Virus record (IMG/VR): IMGVR_UViG_3300017749_000003
Strand: one strand, 5' to 3'
DNA length: 64,000 bases
From: an uncultured virus (IMG/VR IMGVR_UViG_3300017749_000003)
Lineage: Duplodnaviria; Heunggongvirae; Uroviricota; Caudoviricetes
How positions within the stretch are numbered: the first letter of the stretch is position 1; each line of letters starts with the position of its first letter. Positions 1-6,783 of this stretch are shown here, piece by piece. Made by a program: the position numbers and the translations under genes. The notes under the pieces were generated by a model. It saw only the letters and a program-made list of their open reading frames with translations, did no database searches and was not told where the DNA came from.

Positions 1-176
1 ATGAAAATGGTGAGTTTGATTATGATAATGTCGTAGAAGATCCTGCAATGATTGCACGTATCTTTGATGATGTTGGGCAGATTGATTACATCTATCAGGT
101 GATTCAAGACTGTGTGGATGAGGTTACAGAGGAGCAAGTTATGTTACAACAACAAGAACTTACAGAGGTAAAATGA
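1..176 (+). CDS. hypothetical early protein, 5'-truncated by window edge
   Basis: Open frame from base 3 (ENGEFDYDNVVEDPAMIARIFDDVG...) to TGA 174-176, overlapping the next ATG as ATGA. Confidence 0.7.
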   Translation, partial: ENGEFDYDNVVEDPAMIARIFDDVGQIDYIYQVIQDCVDEVTEEQVMLQQQELTEVK

Positions 177-442
177 CACACGAAGAAATGTTAGACGTAG
201 CAAGACTGCGAGAGATGGGTATTCCTGATGATGCAGTATTGATTGATGATGTATTCTATGTCTGGGAAACACGTTTTGGATTGTTTTCAACAAAGACAAA
301 AGAAGGACGTGGAATGCTCACTGGAGCAGAGAGAGACAATGTTATTCTCATGACAAGATGGCATCTAAAATGTGAACAAGATGGCACATTAGATGATTAC
401 AGTTATGTCGTAGGTGATGCCTATGTAAGTGGTAAACTATGA
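173..442 (+). CDS. hypothetical early protein
   Basis: 89 aa ORF, ATGA-coupled on both sides. Confidence 0.8.
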   Translation: MTHEEMLDVARLREMGIPDDAVLIDDVFYVWETRFGLFSTKTKEGRGMLTGAERDNVILMTRWHLKCEQDGTLDDYSYVVGDAYVSGKL

Positions 443-639
443 CTTACACTAAAGAACAACTCATCGATGCACTTGTTCATGAATGGGAGTACCTTTGCCA
501 TGACGATTATGATCCCGATGATGATACTCCCGAAGAGTATCGTTTGAAATTAGAATATTATTCATTGGATGAATTGATTGAAGAAACATCAACTGGAGAA
601 GGTTACACACTAAAGGATTTTATGGAAAATCACGGATGA
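439..639 (+). CDS. small acidic hypothetical early protein
   Basis: 66 aa ORF, ATGA overlap with upstream gene. Confidence 0.8.
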   Translation: MTYTKEQLIDALVHEWEYLCHDDYDPDDDTPEEYRLKLEYYSLDELIEETSTGEGYTLKDFMENHG

Positions 640-640
640 C

Positions 641-706
641 TGTGCCAGTTGGTCAAACTGTCCACTATCGGTTGCCAAATGCCTCAAAACCTGCCATACT
701 AACAGT
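641..706 (+). promoter_or_regulatory. early promoter cassette copy 1: palindromic element + sigma70-type promoter
   Basis: TGTGCCAGTT-ggtc-AAACTGTCCAC (641-665), TTGCCA (672-677), 17 bp, TGc-CATACT (695-700); near-identical to 1232-1296. Confidence 0.8.
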
Positions 707-994
707 ATGGAAATCAAGGAAACCACCATGACCGCAAACGAAACTTACAACGGTTGGGCAAACTATGAGACCTGGAACGCATCACTTTGGATCGGTAATG
801 AAGAGTTTCTCTACAATACTGCCAAGGCATGTGTAACATATTGCGACTCAAATGAGACACCTTATGATAAGTTTGTCCGTTGCATGATGGATGGCACAAT
901 TGGTAAGTTTCTCCAGAAAACTGGTGACGGTGTTGCATGGAATAACCCTGCAATCAACTATGATGAAATGAATGAAATGATGGCAGAACTCTGA
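707..994 (+). CDS. conserved phage hypothetical protein (YNGWxNYETW motif); alternative start 728
   Basis: ORF track; directly behind promoter cassette; AAGGA precedes ATG 728. Confidence 0.8.
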   Translation: MEIKETTMTANETYNGWANYETWNASLWIGNEEFLYNTAKACVTYCDSNETPYDKFVRCMMDGTIGKFLQKTGDGVAWNNPAINYDEMNEMMAEL

Positions 995-1035
995 TCACTA
1001 ATTAACACTTACTCATTCACTCACTAATTCACACA

Positions 1036-1230
1036 ATGACAGTCTCACAAGAAACATTCAACGCATACATTCAGATTCTGGATGAGCACACAGAAACGCA
1101 GGTAGATATTCTTAATGTCCTAAATGACATTGCTCGTGGTGATTGGGACAATGCTGTTAATTATTCATTAGAGAACCCATCTGACCCAATGGATGACTTT
1201 AACTATGCTGGGAGTAAGCATCATTATTGA
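1036..1230 (+). CDS. hypothetical early protein
   Basis: 64 aa ORF in co-directional cluster. Confidence 0.75.
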   Translation: MTVSQETFNAYIQILDEHTETQVDILNVLNDIARGDWDNAVNYSLENPSDPMDDFNYAGSKHHY

Positions 1231-1231
1231 T

Positions 1232-1296
1232 TGTGCCAGTGAGCAAGGTGTCCATTCTGCCTTGCAATTGCCCTCAAAATCTGCCATACTAACAGC
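1232..1296 (+). promoter_or_regulatory. early promoter cassette copy 2
   Basis: TGTGCCAGTgagcaaggTGTCCA, TTGCAA (1262-1267), 17 bp, TGc-CATACT (1285-1290); shares CCTCAAAAyCTGCCATACTAACAGyATG with copy 1. Confidence 0.8.
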
Positions 1297-1503
1297 ATGA
1301 ACAAAACAAACCCAATGCTTCTCAACAACTCAAAATTCGTCGATGCTATCCGTGGTTTACAATCCTTTGTGATTGAAACAGGTGCCGACCTTGATATGGC
1401 ATTTGATTGGGTATGTGATCAGGCAGAGATTAACTCTTTTGCGGGTGATGGTCTTGCATTTGATTTATTCTACGATGTTTACATGGAGGCAGCATCAAAC
1501 TGA
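1297..1503 (+). CDS. hypothetical early protein (alternative start 1315)
   Basis: 68 aa ORF directly behind promoter cassette. Confidence 0.75.
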   Translation: MNKTNPMLLNNSKFVDAIRGLQSFVIETGADLDMAFDWVCDQAEINSFAGDGLAFDLFYDVYMEAASN

Positions 1504-1544
1504 ACATTAAGCAACAACTTTCAAACCTTTCTATTCGCAAACCA

Positions 1545-1697
1545 ATGCTTTACACTAATCCAGCAGGTCGTCACTATTACTTTCCCGAGTCAATCTCACG
1601 TGAAGAAGCACTCGAACGTATGAAGCAATATGCAAAGAAAGCAGAACAAAATGAACGTTCTGGACAACAGTTGTTTGATGATATGTTCGGAGGATGA
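1545..1697 (+). CDS. small hypothetical protein (50 aa, MLYTNPAGRHYYFPES...)
   Basis: Read by eye; ATG 1545 to TGA 1697, ATGA-coupled to next ORF. Confidence 0.65.
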   Translation: MLYTNPAGRHYYFPESISREEALERMKQYAKKAEQNERSGQQLFDDMFGG

Positions 1698-1804
1698 AGT
1701 ATACATTAGCAAAGTTTAAAGGTCGGTGGGTGAAAGTTTCAAACAAATTATCACCACCAACCGAATGGGTTACTATCATCAACAAAGCATCTTCTTCTAA
1801 ATGA
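1694..1804 (+). CDS. small basic hypothetical protein (36 aa, MKYTLAKFKGRWVKV...)
   Basis: Read by eye; ATGA overlaps at both ends; GGAGG upstream. Confidence 0.55.
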   Translation: MKYTLAKFKGRWVKVSNKLSPPTEWVTIINKASSSK

Positions 1805-1956
1805 ACTACACTGATCCCTGCACATTTGCAATTGATACTGATGCAAAGATTCGTGAAATCATGGATCTTCCTGCTGAAATCTATGACATTCCAGAAATTG
1901 CAGATGAGAAAGAGTTTAACATGAATGAATATTTGTCTGCTGATTATGATTACTAA
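1801..1956 (+). CDS. small acidic hypothetical protein (51 aa)
   Basis: Read by eye; ATG 1801 to TAA 1956. Confidence 0.6.
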   Translation: MNYTDPCTFAIDTDAKIREIMDLPAEIYDIPEIADEKEFNMNEYLSADYDY

Positions 1957-1994
1957 AAGTTTTATAATTAGTGTGAACATCAAAACATTGTTAC

Positions 1995-2183
1995 ATGGAT
2001 CTTGACGCACTCAAACATCACGAATTAGAAGCACTTTCAGAAGATTGTGAGGATTATCTGATTCACAGATATATTCCCTTGACATCACATTCGTATTCGA
2101 GTATTATCAACCAAGCACTCAAAGAGGGTTATCAAATTGAAAAGTTCGACCGTTTCATTCACAAAAGTCAAACTCACATCTGA
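1995..2183 (+). CDS. hypothetical protein
   Basis: 62 aa ORF. Confidence 0.65.
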   Translation: MDLDALKHHELEALSEDCEDYLIHRYIPLTSHSYSSIINQALKEGYQIEKFDRFIHKSQTHI

Positions 2184-2316
2184 TGAGTTAAATGTTTTGA
2201 TGACTGCACTTCAGTTAATGACTATTGAGGAGCAAAAAGATTGTGAGGATCAATTCTCTGTGAGAACACCTGCATTGTTTAACAAATTGCTATCAAATTA
2301 TGAGGTGCGAGGTTAA
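2137..2316 (+). CDS. hypothetical protein (possible TTG start)
   Basis: Open frame ...VKLTSDELNVLMTALQLMTIEEQKDCE... fills gap to next ORF; start uncertain. Confidence 0.45.
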   Translation: MKSSTVSFTKVKLTSDELNVLMTALQLMTIEEQKDCEDQFSVRTPALFNKLLSNYEVRG

Positions 2317-2440
2317 GTTATTTGTTGCGGGTAGTGTATTCAAAGAAGAAGTCATTGCCCGTAACTATTCAGAAGCAAGACAAGTTGCTCTTGCTCGTAA
2401 TCCCAATGCCACTGTAATTTCCGTCACTGCTGTACTATGA
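2300..2440 (+). CDS. small conserved cyanophage-type protein (46 aa, MRCEVKLFVAGSVF...ALARNPNA)
   Basis: Read by eye; ATGA-coupled to next ORF. Confidence 0.7.
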   Translation: MRCEVKLFVAGSVFKEEVIARNYSEARQVALARNPNATVISVTAVL

Positions 2441-2559
2441 AGACTGAAAAGTTGTATGAACTCGAAGTTATTGAACTTGAGAAGTTGATTGAGTATGCTG
2501 AACAAGAAGCAGAACGATTAGAGTGTACTGTTGATTACTACATTGCGGAGTTTCTGTAA
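2437..2559 (+). CDS. small hypothetical protein (40 aa, ...CTVDYYIAEFL)
   Basis: Read by eye; ATGA overlap upstream, TAA abuts next ATG. Confidence 0.65.
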   Translation: MKTEKLYELEVIELEKLIEYAEQEAERLECTVDYYIAEFL

Positions 2560-2787
2560 ATGACACCAAACGAATCACTTCGCATTCAACTTCGACATTG
2601 GTTCAAAGATTGTTTAGATCATAAGATCGAACCAGTACAAATCTTTGAAATGTTATTAGCAGAATCAAAAGTTTTAAAAGATGATGCACTTGATCAATAT
2701 GAGAAGACAAGTGAAATTCATGATTTTATGATCGGTAATTTATCACCAACTGACAGTGACTTTGATGACCTTAGAACTCCCATCTGA
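2560..2787 (+). CDS. hypothetical protein
   Basis: 75 aa ORF. Confidence 0.7.
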   Translation: MTPNESLRIQLRHWFKDCLDHKIEPVQIFEMLLAESKVLKDDALDQYEKTSEIHDFMIGNLSPTDSDFDDLRTPI

Positions 2788-3088
2788 CTTTCCACATTCA
2801 CCACCAGACGGTTATTCTTACTCAGTTGAACAACACAATGCTAGCACTCTTTCGATTTGGTTATTACATCATCGTCGGTATCTTTTTCGTGATGATGATA
2901 AACTTGTTCGCACCATCTGGGGATTTGTCAAAACAAAATCAACAAAAAAGAGAGGCACTCAGAACACTTACCATGCCCCCATCAACTCAAATAAGATAGG
3001 TAAAGAGGTCGATGTTGATCATACTAGTCCTTATACATCGATGCAACTAAATCTTAATCCACTCGAACAATTGCTATATTCCAAATGA
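2756..3088 (+). CDS. conserved cyanophage hypothetical protein
   Basis: 110 aa ORF with IWGF and YTSMQLNLNPLE motifs; coupled to next gene. Confidence 0.8.
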   Translation: MTLMTLELPSDFPHSPPDGYSYSVEQHNASTLSIWLLHHRRYLFRDDDKLVRTIWGFVKTKSTKKRGTQNTYHAPINSNKIGKEVDVDHTSPYTSMQLNLNPLEQLLYSK

Positions 3089-3381
3089 CATATATCCCAC
3101 AAATTGATGACTATGTTGTTTGGATTAAAAATGGTATAGAGCACAAGGGTTGGGTTTATTTTGTCGATGATTTATACATTACAATTGAAACAGGTATTAA
3201 ACCAAAACCTAATTGTGAGTATACTAAGAATGAGAAGCACAAGTATATTCATACATTGTTATTATGTCACCCACAATATTGGAAAGATCTAGAGTATGTT
3301 CATACAAGAAAGAATAAGTATGGTAATACAATAGAAGAAATGGATGTATATCAGAGGGAGATAAATGATACAAGTCGTTGA
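3085..3381 (+). CDS. conserved cyanophage hypothetical protein
   Basis: 98 aa ORF with DYVVW...GWVYF...YITIE motif. Confidence 0.8.
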   Translation: MTYIPQIDDYVVWIKNGIEHKGWVYFVDDLYITIETGIKPKPNCEYTKNEKHKYIHTLLLCHPQYWKDLEYVHTRKNKYGNTIEEMDVYQREINDTSR

Positions 3382-3889
3382 TAACTTTCTACCAAAAGAA
3401 CACTTATCAGAAATGATGAGTTATATCCCAAAGCAAATTCCATGGGAGTATGAAGATTTTAGTGTATATGAAGATGATGATATTCCTCAATTAGTCCATG
3501 TCTTTTATAATGAATACCAACCACAATCTGAATTCTTTGATGATATCTTGCCCGTTATTCATAATATCAATGATCTATATTCAATTGTAAGAGTGAAGGT
3601 CAATGGTACATTAAAGGGATGCACATTGAAAGAAAAACCATATCATATAGATGTAATTGATAATGATACAAAAGAAGGAGAATCATTCCCTGCCCCATCA
3701 TTAAAGATCTGCATTCTAATGTTAAATGATAACAATGGATATACACAGGTAAGAGACAATCATGGTAGAATTAAGAGAGTTCAAAGTAAAGCAAACCGAG
3801 CACTATTCTTTCCTAATACTTATGAACACATGGGGACTAATTCAACAGATGAAAACTTAAGAATGACACTCAACATTGTCTATGCTTAA
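3365..3889 (+). CDS. 2OG-Fe(II) oxygenase superfamily protein
   Basis: N-terminal VVDNFL, HxD (YHID), distal His (LFFPNTYEH) and Arg (RMTLNI) of the facial triad/2OG site. Confidence 0.8.
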   Translation: MIQVVDNFLPKEHLSEMMSYIPKQIPWEYEDFSVYEDDDIPQLVHVFYNEYQPQSEFFDDILPVIHNINDLYSIVRVKVNGTLKGCTLKEKPYHIDVIDNDTKEGESFPAPSLKICILMLNDNNGYTQVRDNHGRIKRVQSKANRALFFPNTYEHMGTNSTDENLRMTLNIVYA

Positions 3890-4112
3890 TATACACAAAC
3901 TATGGACAATATGGAAGTATTCATTAGGATCATTCTCTGATGATAAAACAAATGAATATGATAATTATATTGCATTACTTAGAACAGTTATCTTTATCTC
4001 TTACTTGATTACCAATTGCTTTATTATTGCAGGAGTTATTCGACATTATGGCATCAATCAATCGTTTCAGTGTAGTATACAAGAGAGAGAAGAAGTCAGG
4101 GTATTGGAGTAA
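3876..4112 (+). CDS. small putative membrane protein
   Basis: Hydrophobic segment IALLRTVIFISYLITNCFIIAGVI after WKYSLGSFSD motif. Confidence 0.7.
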   Translation: MSMLNIHKLWTIWKYSLGSFSDDKTNEYDNYIALLRTVIFISYLITNCFIIAGVIRHYGINQSFQCSIQEREEVRVLE

Positions 4113-4215
4113 GCAAGAAGCAACATTCTTTGATATTAGAGATGCAATGCTCTGGGAACGTCATGTAAAGGAATTAGGGTGTAAAAACACTGAAATTGTA
4201 CCATTATTTGATTAA
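4048..4215 (+). CDS. hypothetical protein (start probably ATG 4048)
   Basis: ORF track 4027..4215 begins at TTG; in-frame ATG at 4048. Confidence 0.6.
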   Translation: MASINRFSVVYKREKKSGYWSKQEATFFDIRDAMLWERHVKELGCKNTEIVPLFD

Positions 4216-4345
4216 ATTCAATTATAAATGTTATTTTAAATGTATATGAGTTGTTTATAGGTTTTCAACAACCCTGTGGAAAAGTATATCTAAACTGTGT
4301 ATAATCCCTGTTATTGTGTTATTATCTGTGGAAAAGTATCTCTTA
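4216..4345. other. AT-rich block plus four DnaA-box matches; candidate replication origin or DnaA-binding site
   Basis: TTTTCAACA 4262-4270, TGTGGAAAA 4275-4283, TGTGTATAA 4296-4304, TGTGGAAAA 4327-4335; AT-rich 4216-4260. Confidence 0.55.
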
Positions 4346-4387
4346 TAATCCTTCTAAACGTATGATCTTATAGTCATCTTAACTTGC

Positions 4388-4416
4388 AGTCTATCAGGAT
4401 TTGCAGAAAATGTCAA
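4388..4416 (-). promoter_or_regulatory. leftward sigma70-type promoter
   Basis: Minus strand TTGACA (4416-4411), 17 bp, TAGACT (4393-4388). Confidence 0.55.
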
Positions 4417-4446
4417 CACCCAGATAAAAAAATATGAAAACCCTGA

Positions 4447-4454
4447 TATAAATA
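4447..4454 (+). promoter_or_regulatory. T4-type late promoter motif
   Basis: Perfect TATAAATA in non-coding DNA, but the region is AT-rich. Confidence 0.4.
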
Positions 4455-4488
4455 CTCTTTAACATTCTGAGTTTTTATTATTATATTC

Positions 4489-4517
4489 TTGACAACAGTC
4501 TCGGAATGAACTATAAT
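4489..4517 (+). promoter_or_regulatory. consensus sigma70 promoter
   Basis: TTGACA (4489-4494), 17 bp, TATAAT (4512-4517). Confidence 0.85.
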
Positions 4518-4545
4518 ACTAGAGTCCTCAATTCAAAGAAGAACA

Positions 4546-4713
4546 ATGCCTTACGCACAATCGACAAAGTATCGCATCACTCTTGAGATTGAAGCAATGG
4601 ATGACTTTAATCCTCATCAGATTGACTGGGAAAAGTTATTTGAATTGCAGGGAGGAGAGAAGGTAGAATGTTATATTGAGGACCTCTCCAATAAATATGA
4701 TTCACTTTGGTAA
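4546..4713 (+). CDS. small conserved cyanophage-type protein (55 aa, YRITLEIE..DDFNPHQIDW)
   Basis: Read by eye; ATG 4546 to TAA 4713 behind consensus promoter. Confidence 0.75.
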   Translation: MPYAQSTKYRITLEIEAMDDFNPHQIDWEKLFELQGGEKVECYIEDLSNKYDSLW

Positions 4714-4738
4714 TCTGTGAGGAAAATATAAACAAATA

Positions 4739-4800
4739 AACCAGTTGCCGAAGTGTCACAGGGTCGGTTGTGTGGGGGTCGTTTCCGTGTATTATAAGAG
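4739..4800 (+). promoter_or_regulatory. early promoter cassette copy 3 (diverged)
   Basis: aaCCAGTT-gccg-AAGTGTCAC, then TTGTGT (4768-4773), 16 bp, TATTAT (4790-4795). Confidence 0.6.
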
Positions 4801-4830
4801 AGTCAAAGGAACACAACTCAAACGACTCTC

Positions 4831-5178
4831 ATGCGTAAGATCGAAACCCAGATGATCGCAGCAGTTCAGAACAACAAAGATTGGCAGTCTGCGAACACTT
4901 CGGTATATTTTGACGCAGAATCTGGTGTCTCTATTGTACGTCTGCACGGTAACAAGATTGCAGAAATCAACGATGATTCAATGACTATCTTTGACGGTGG
5001 TTGGCAGACAACAACAACTAAGAGCAGACTCAATGCCTTATGTGATGCCTTCTGCATTGCTGGTGAGGGTGTCTTCCAAAAGAATTATAAGTGGTTTGTA
5101 AGAAAGTTTGCAGGACAGATGGGTGCTGAGAAAGTATTCATCACCGAAGATTTCGACAACGGTTACATCTTCGCATAA
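4831..5178 (+). CDS. conserved cyanophage early hypothetical protein (MRKIETQM...LHGNKIA...TTKSRLNAL)
   Basis: 115 aa ORF behind cassette promoter. Confidence 0.85.
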   Translation: MRKIETQMIAAVQNNKDWQSANTSVYFDAESGVSIVRLHGNKIAEINDDSMTIFDGGWQTTTTKSRLNALCDAFCIAGEGVFQKNYKWFVRKFAGQMGAEKVFITEDFDNGYIFA

Positions 5179-5187
5179 GATTACAAC

Positions 5188-5215
5188 AGTCCTGGTGATG
5201 ACTTTAAACCCACCA
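5188..5215 (+). other. predicted compact H-type RNA pseudoknot in intergenic mRNA
   Basis: S1 AGTC 5188-91/GACT 5200-03; S2 TGGTG 5193-97/CACCA 5211-15. Confidence 0.5.
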
Positions 5216-5241
5216 ATCGAACACCTTATCTAACACTTTCC

Positions 5242-5334
5242 ATGTCTAAGTCTGATCTCTTCGTTGCACTCGAAACCGCACAGAATGGTAATGATATTCT
5301 TCTTATTCTTGAGGCAATTGAAGCACTGTATTGA
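5242..5334 (+). CDS. 30 aa micro-ORF (MSKSDLFVALETAQNGNDILLILEAIEALY)
   Basis: Read by eye; amphipathic helical pattern. Confidence 0.55.
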   Translation: MSKSDLFVALETAQNGNDILLILEAIEALY

Positions 5335-5362
5335 TACTTAAGACTTACACTAAGTAACACTG

Positions 5363-5382
5363 AGGGCAGTTCATTCTGCCCT
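5363..5382 (+). terminator. GC-rich hairpin closing the early cluster (terminator or processing site)
   Basis: AGGGCAG-ttcatt-CTGCCCT; only a weak U tail. Confidence 0.4.
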
Positions 5383-5614
5383 TCTAAGTATAGCACAGTC
5401 TTATTCGTTCGTCAACAGCAGTTGTTGTTATTATGGGGGTTGTATATAAAAAAGCATAGAGACCCTAACCTACAGAGGTGACAATGAGAGTTCGATATAA
5501 CGATTAGAAAAAAAATTCCGAGGGTATAAACCAATCCTCAGAAGTCGCATATATAATTCGTCGATGGGTTTCAGAATCCGTCAAAAATTTTCCCAAGAAA
5601 AAAATTGGTCCTAT

Positions 5615-5806
5615 ATGGAAACATTATATCATATCTACGCAGGGCACCGATGTCTTTTTCCTAATATTAGGGAAGAAGAATTTCCAACCACGTGGAACAC
5701 TGTAAAGGGCATGGTCGGCCTCTTAGAAACTGACTATACTGTAGACGACCTCTCTTACGAGGCAGTCACTATTAATCGTCAATCAATGTTAGAAGCATCA
5801 TATTGA
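5615..5806 (+). CDS. conserved hypothetical protein (start probably ATG 5615)
   Basis: METLYHIYAG...MVGLLETDY...LSYE; ORF-track upstream extension looks non-coding. Confidence 0.7.
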   Translation: METLYHIYAGHRCLFPNIREEEFPTTWNTVKGMVGLLETDYTVDDLSYEAVTINRQSMLEASY

Positions 5807-5831
5807 CAAACAACACATAAACTGATAGAAT
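5803..5831 (+). promoter_or_regulatory. sigma70-type promoter
   Basis: TTGACA (5803-5808), 17 bp, TGa-TAGAAT (5826-5831). Confidence 0.8.
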
Positions 5832-5854
5832 TGATCTGAAGGTTAACTAAAACT

Positions 5855-6628
5855 ATGGCAAAAGGATTTACTGTTAAAGCAAATGCACCAAAGAAAAAGA
5901 GTGTAGTTGCTGAGTTTGACATTGATGCAATCAAAGAAAGGATGAAAGGTAAGAAGATTGTCTTCTGTTTACCTGGACGTGGTTGCTCATTTACGTTTCT
6001 CAAGAACTTTGTACAACTGTGCTTTGATCTAGTACAGAATGGCATGAGTATCCAGATCAGTCAGGATTACTCTTCCATGGTTAACTTTGCACGTTGTAAG
6101 GTACTTGGTGCAAATGTACTCCGAGGTCCTTCTCAGAAACCCTGGGACGGCAAACTAGAGTATGATTATCAACTATGGATCGATAGTGACATTGTATTCA
6201 ATACTGAGAAGTTCTGGCAACTTTGTGACAGTGCTCTTGGTGCTGATGGTACTGAGAAGGAAGTTGTTGCTGGTTGGTATCTCACTGAAGATGGAAAGAC
6301 TTCTTCTGTTGCACACTGGTTAGAAGAAGATGACTTCCGTTCTAATGGTGGAGTTATGAATCATGAAACCATTGAGACACTACCAAATCGTAAGAAGCCA
6401 TTCACAGTAGACTATACTGGATTTGGATGGGTACTGATTAAGAATGGTGTATTCGAGAGTCTTGAGTATCCCTGGTTTGCTCCTAAGATGCAAATCTTTG
6501 AGTCTGGTGCTGTACAAGACATGTGTGGAGAAGATGTATCATTCTGTTTAGATGCAAAGGAAGAAGGATTTGAGATCTGGTGTGATCCTCGTATCCGTGT
6601 AGGACACGAAAAGACCCGAGTAATCTAA
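5855..6628 (+). CDS. conserved cyanomyovirus glycosyltransferase-like (GT-A/GT2-like) protein
   Basis: DxD motif in LWIDSDIVF, TGFGWVLIK, GEDVSFC and VGHEK motifs typical of GT-A folds. Confidence 0.75.
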   Translation: MAKGFTVKANAPKKKSVVAEFDIDAIKERMKGKKIVFCLPGRGCSFTFLKNFVQLCFDLVQNGMSIQISQDYSSMVNFARCKVLGANVLRGPSQKPWDGKLEYDYQLWIDSDIVFNTEKFWQLCDSALGADGTEKEVVAGWYLTEDGKTSSVAHWLEEDDFRSNGGVMNHETIETLPNRKKPFTVDYTGFGWVLIKNGVFESLEYPWFAPKMQIFESGAVQDMCGEDVSFCLDAKEEGFEIWCDPRIRVGHEKTRVI

Positions 6629-6783
6629 TGAGTATCGACATCTTTTATCAAGGTAACAAGATGTATTCTAATGTGACTCATGAAGAAGCAGCAGATATTC
6701 TTCATGAGTTAGCAATAGAAAGGTATGAAGAAAAGAATGATATTGACTTAGATCAATTAGAAATTATACAACGTGTAGAATGA
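6628..6783 (+). CDS. small acidic hypothetical protein (51 aa)
   Basis: Read by eye; TAATG coupling upstream, ATGA overlap downstream. Confidence 0.7.
   Translation: MSIDIFYQGNKMYSNVTHEEAADILHELAIERYEEKNDIDLDQLEIIQRVE

Noticed and set aside
641..665. NtcA, Pho or CRP box as identity of the cassette palindrome
   Set aside because: Does not fit GTA-N8-TAC, the Pho direct repeat, or TGTGA-N6-TCACA spacing
1555..2010. 151 aa minus-strand ORF
   Set aside because: Region is fully tiled by coupled plus-strand micro-ORFs; antisense shadow
5188..5215. preQ1-I riboswitch
   Set aside because: Topology is similar, but the conserved loop nucleotides and long A tract are missing and there is no queuosine gene downstream
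5335..5390. Hammerhead ribozyme in the three-way junction
   Set aside because: Has CTGAGGG rather than CTGANGA and lacks the GAAA core
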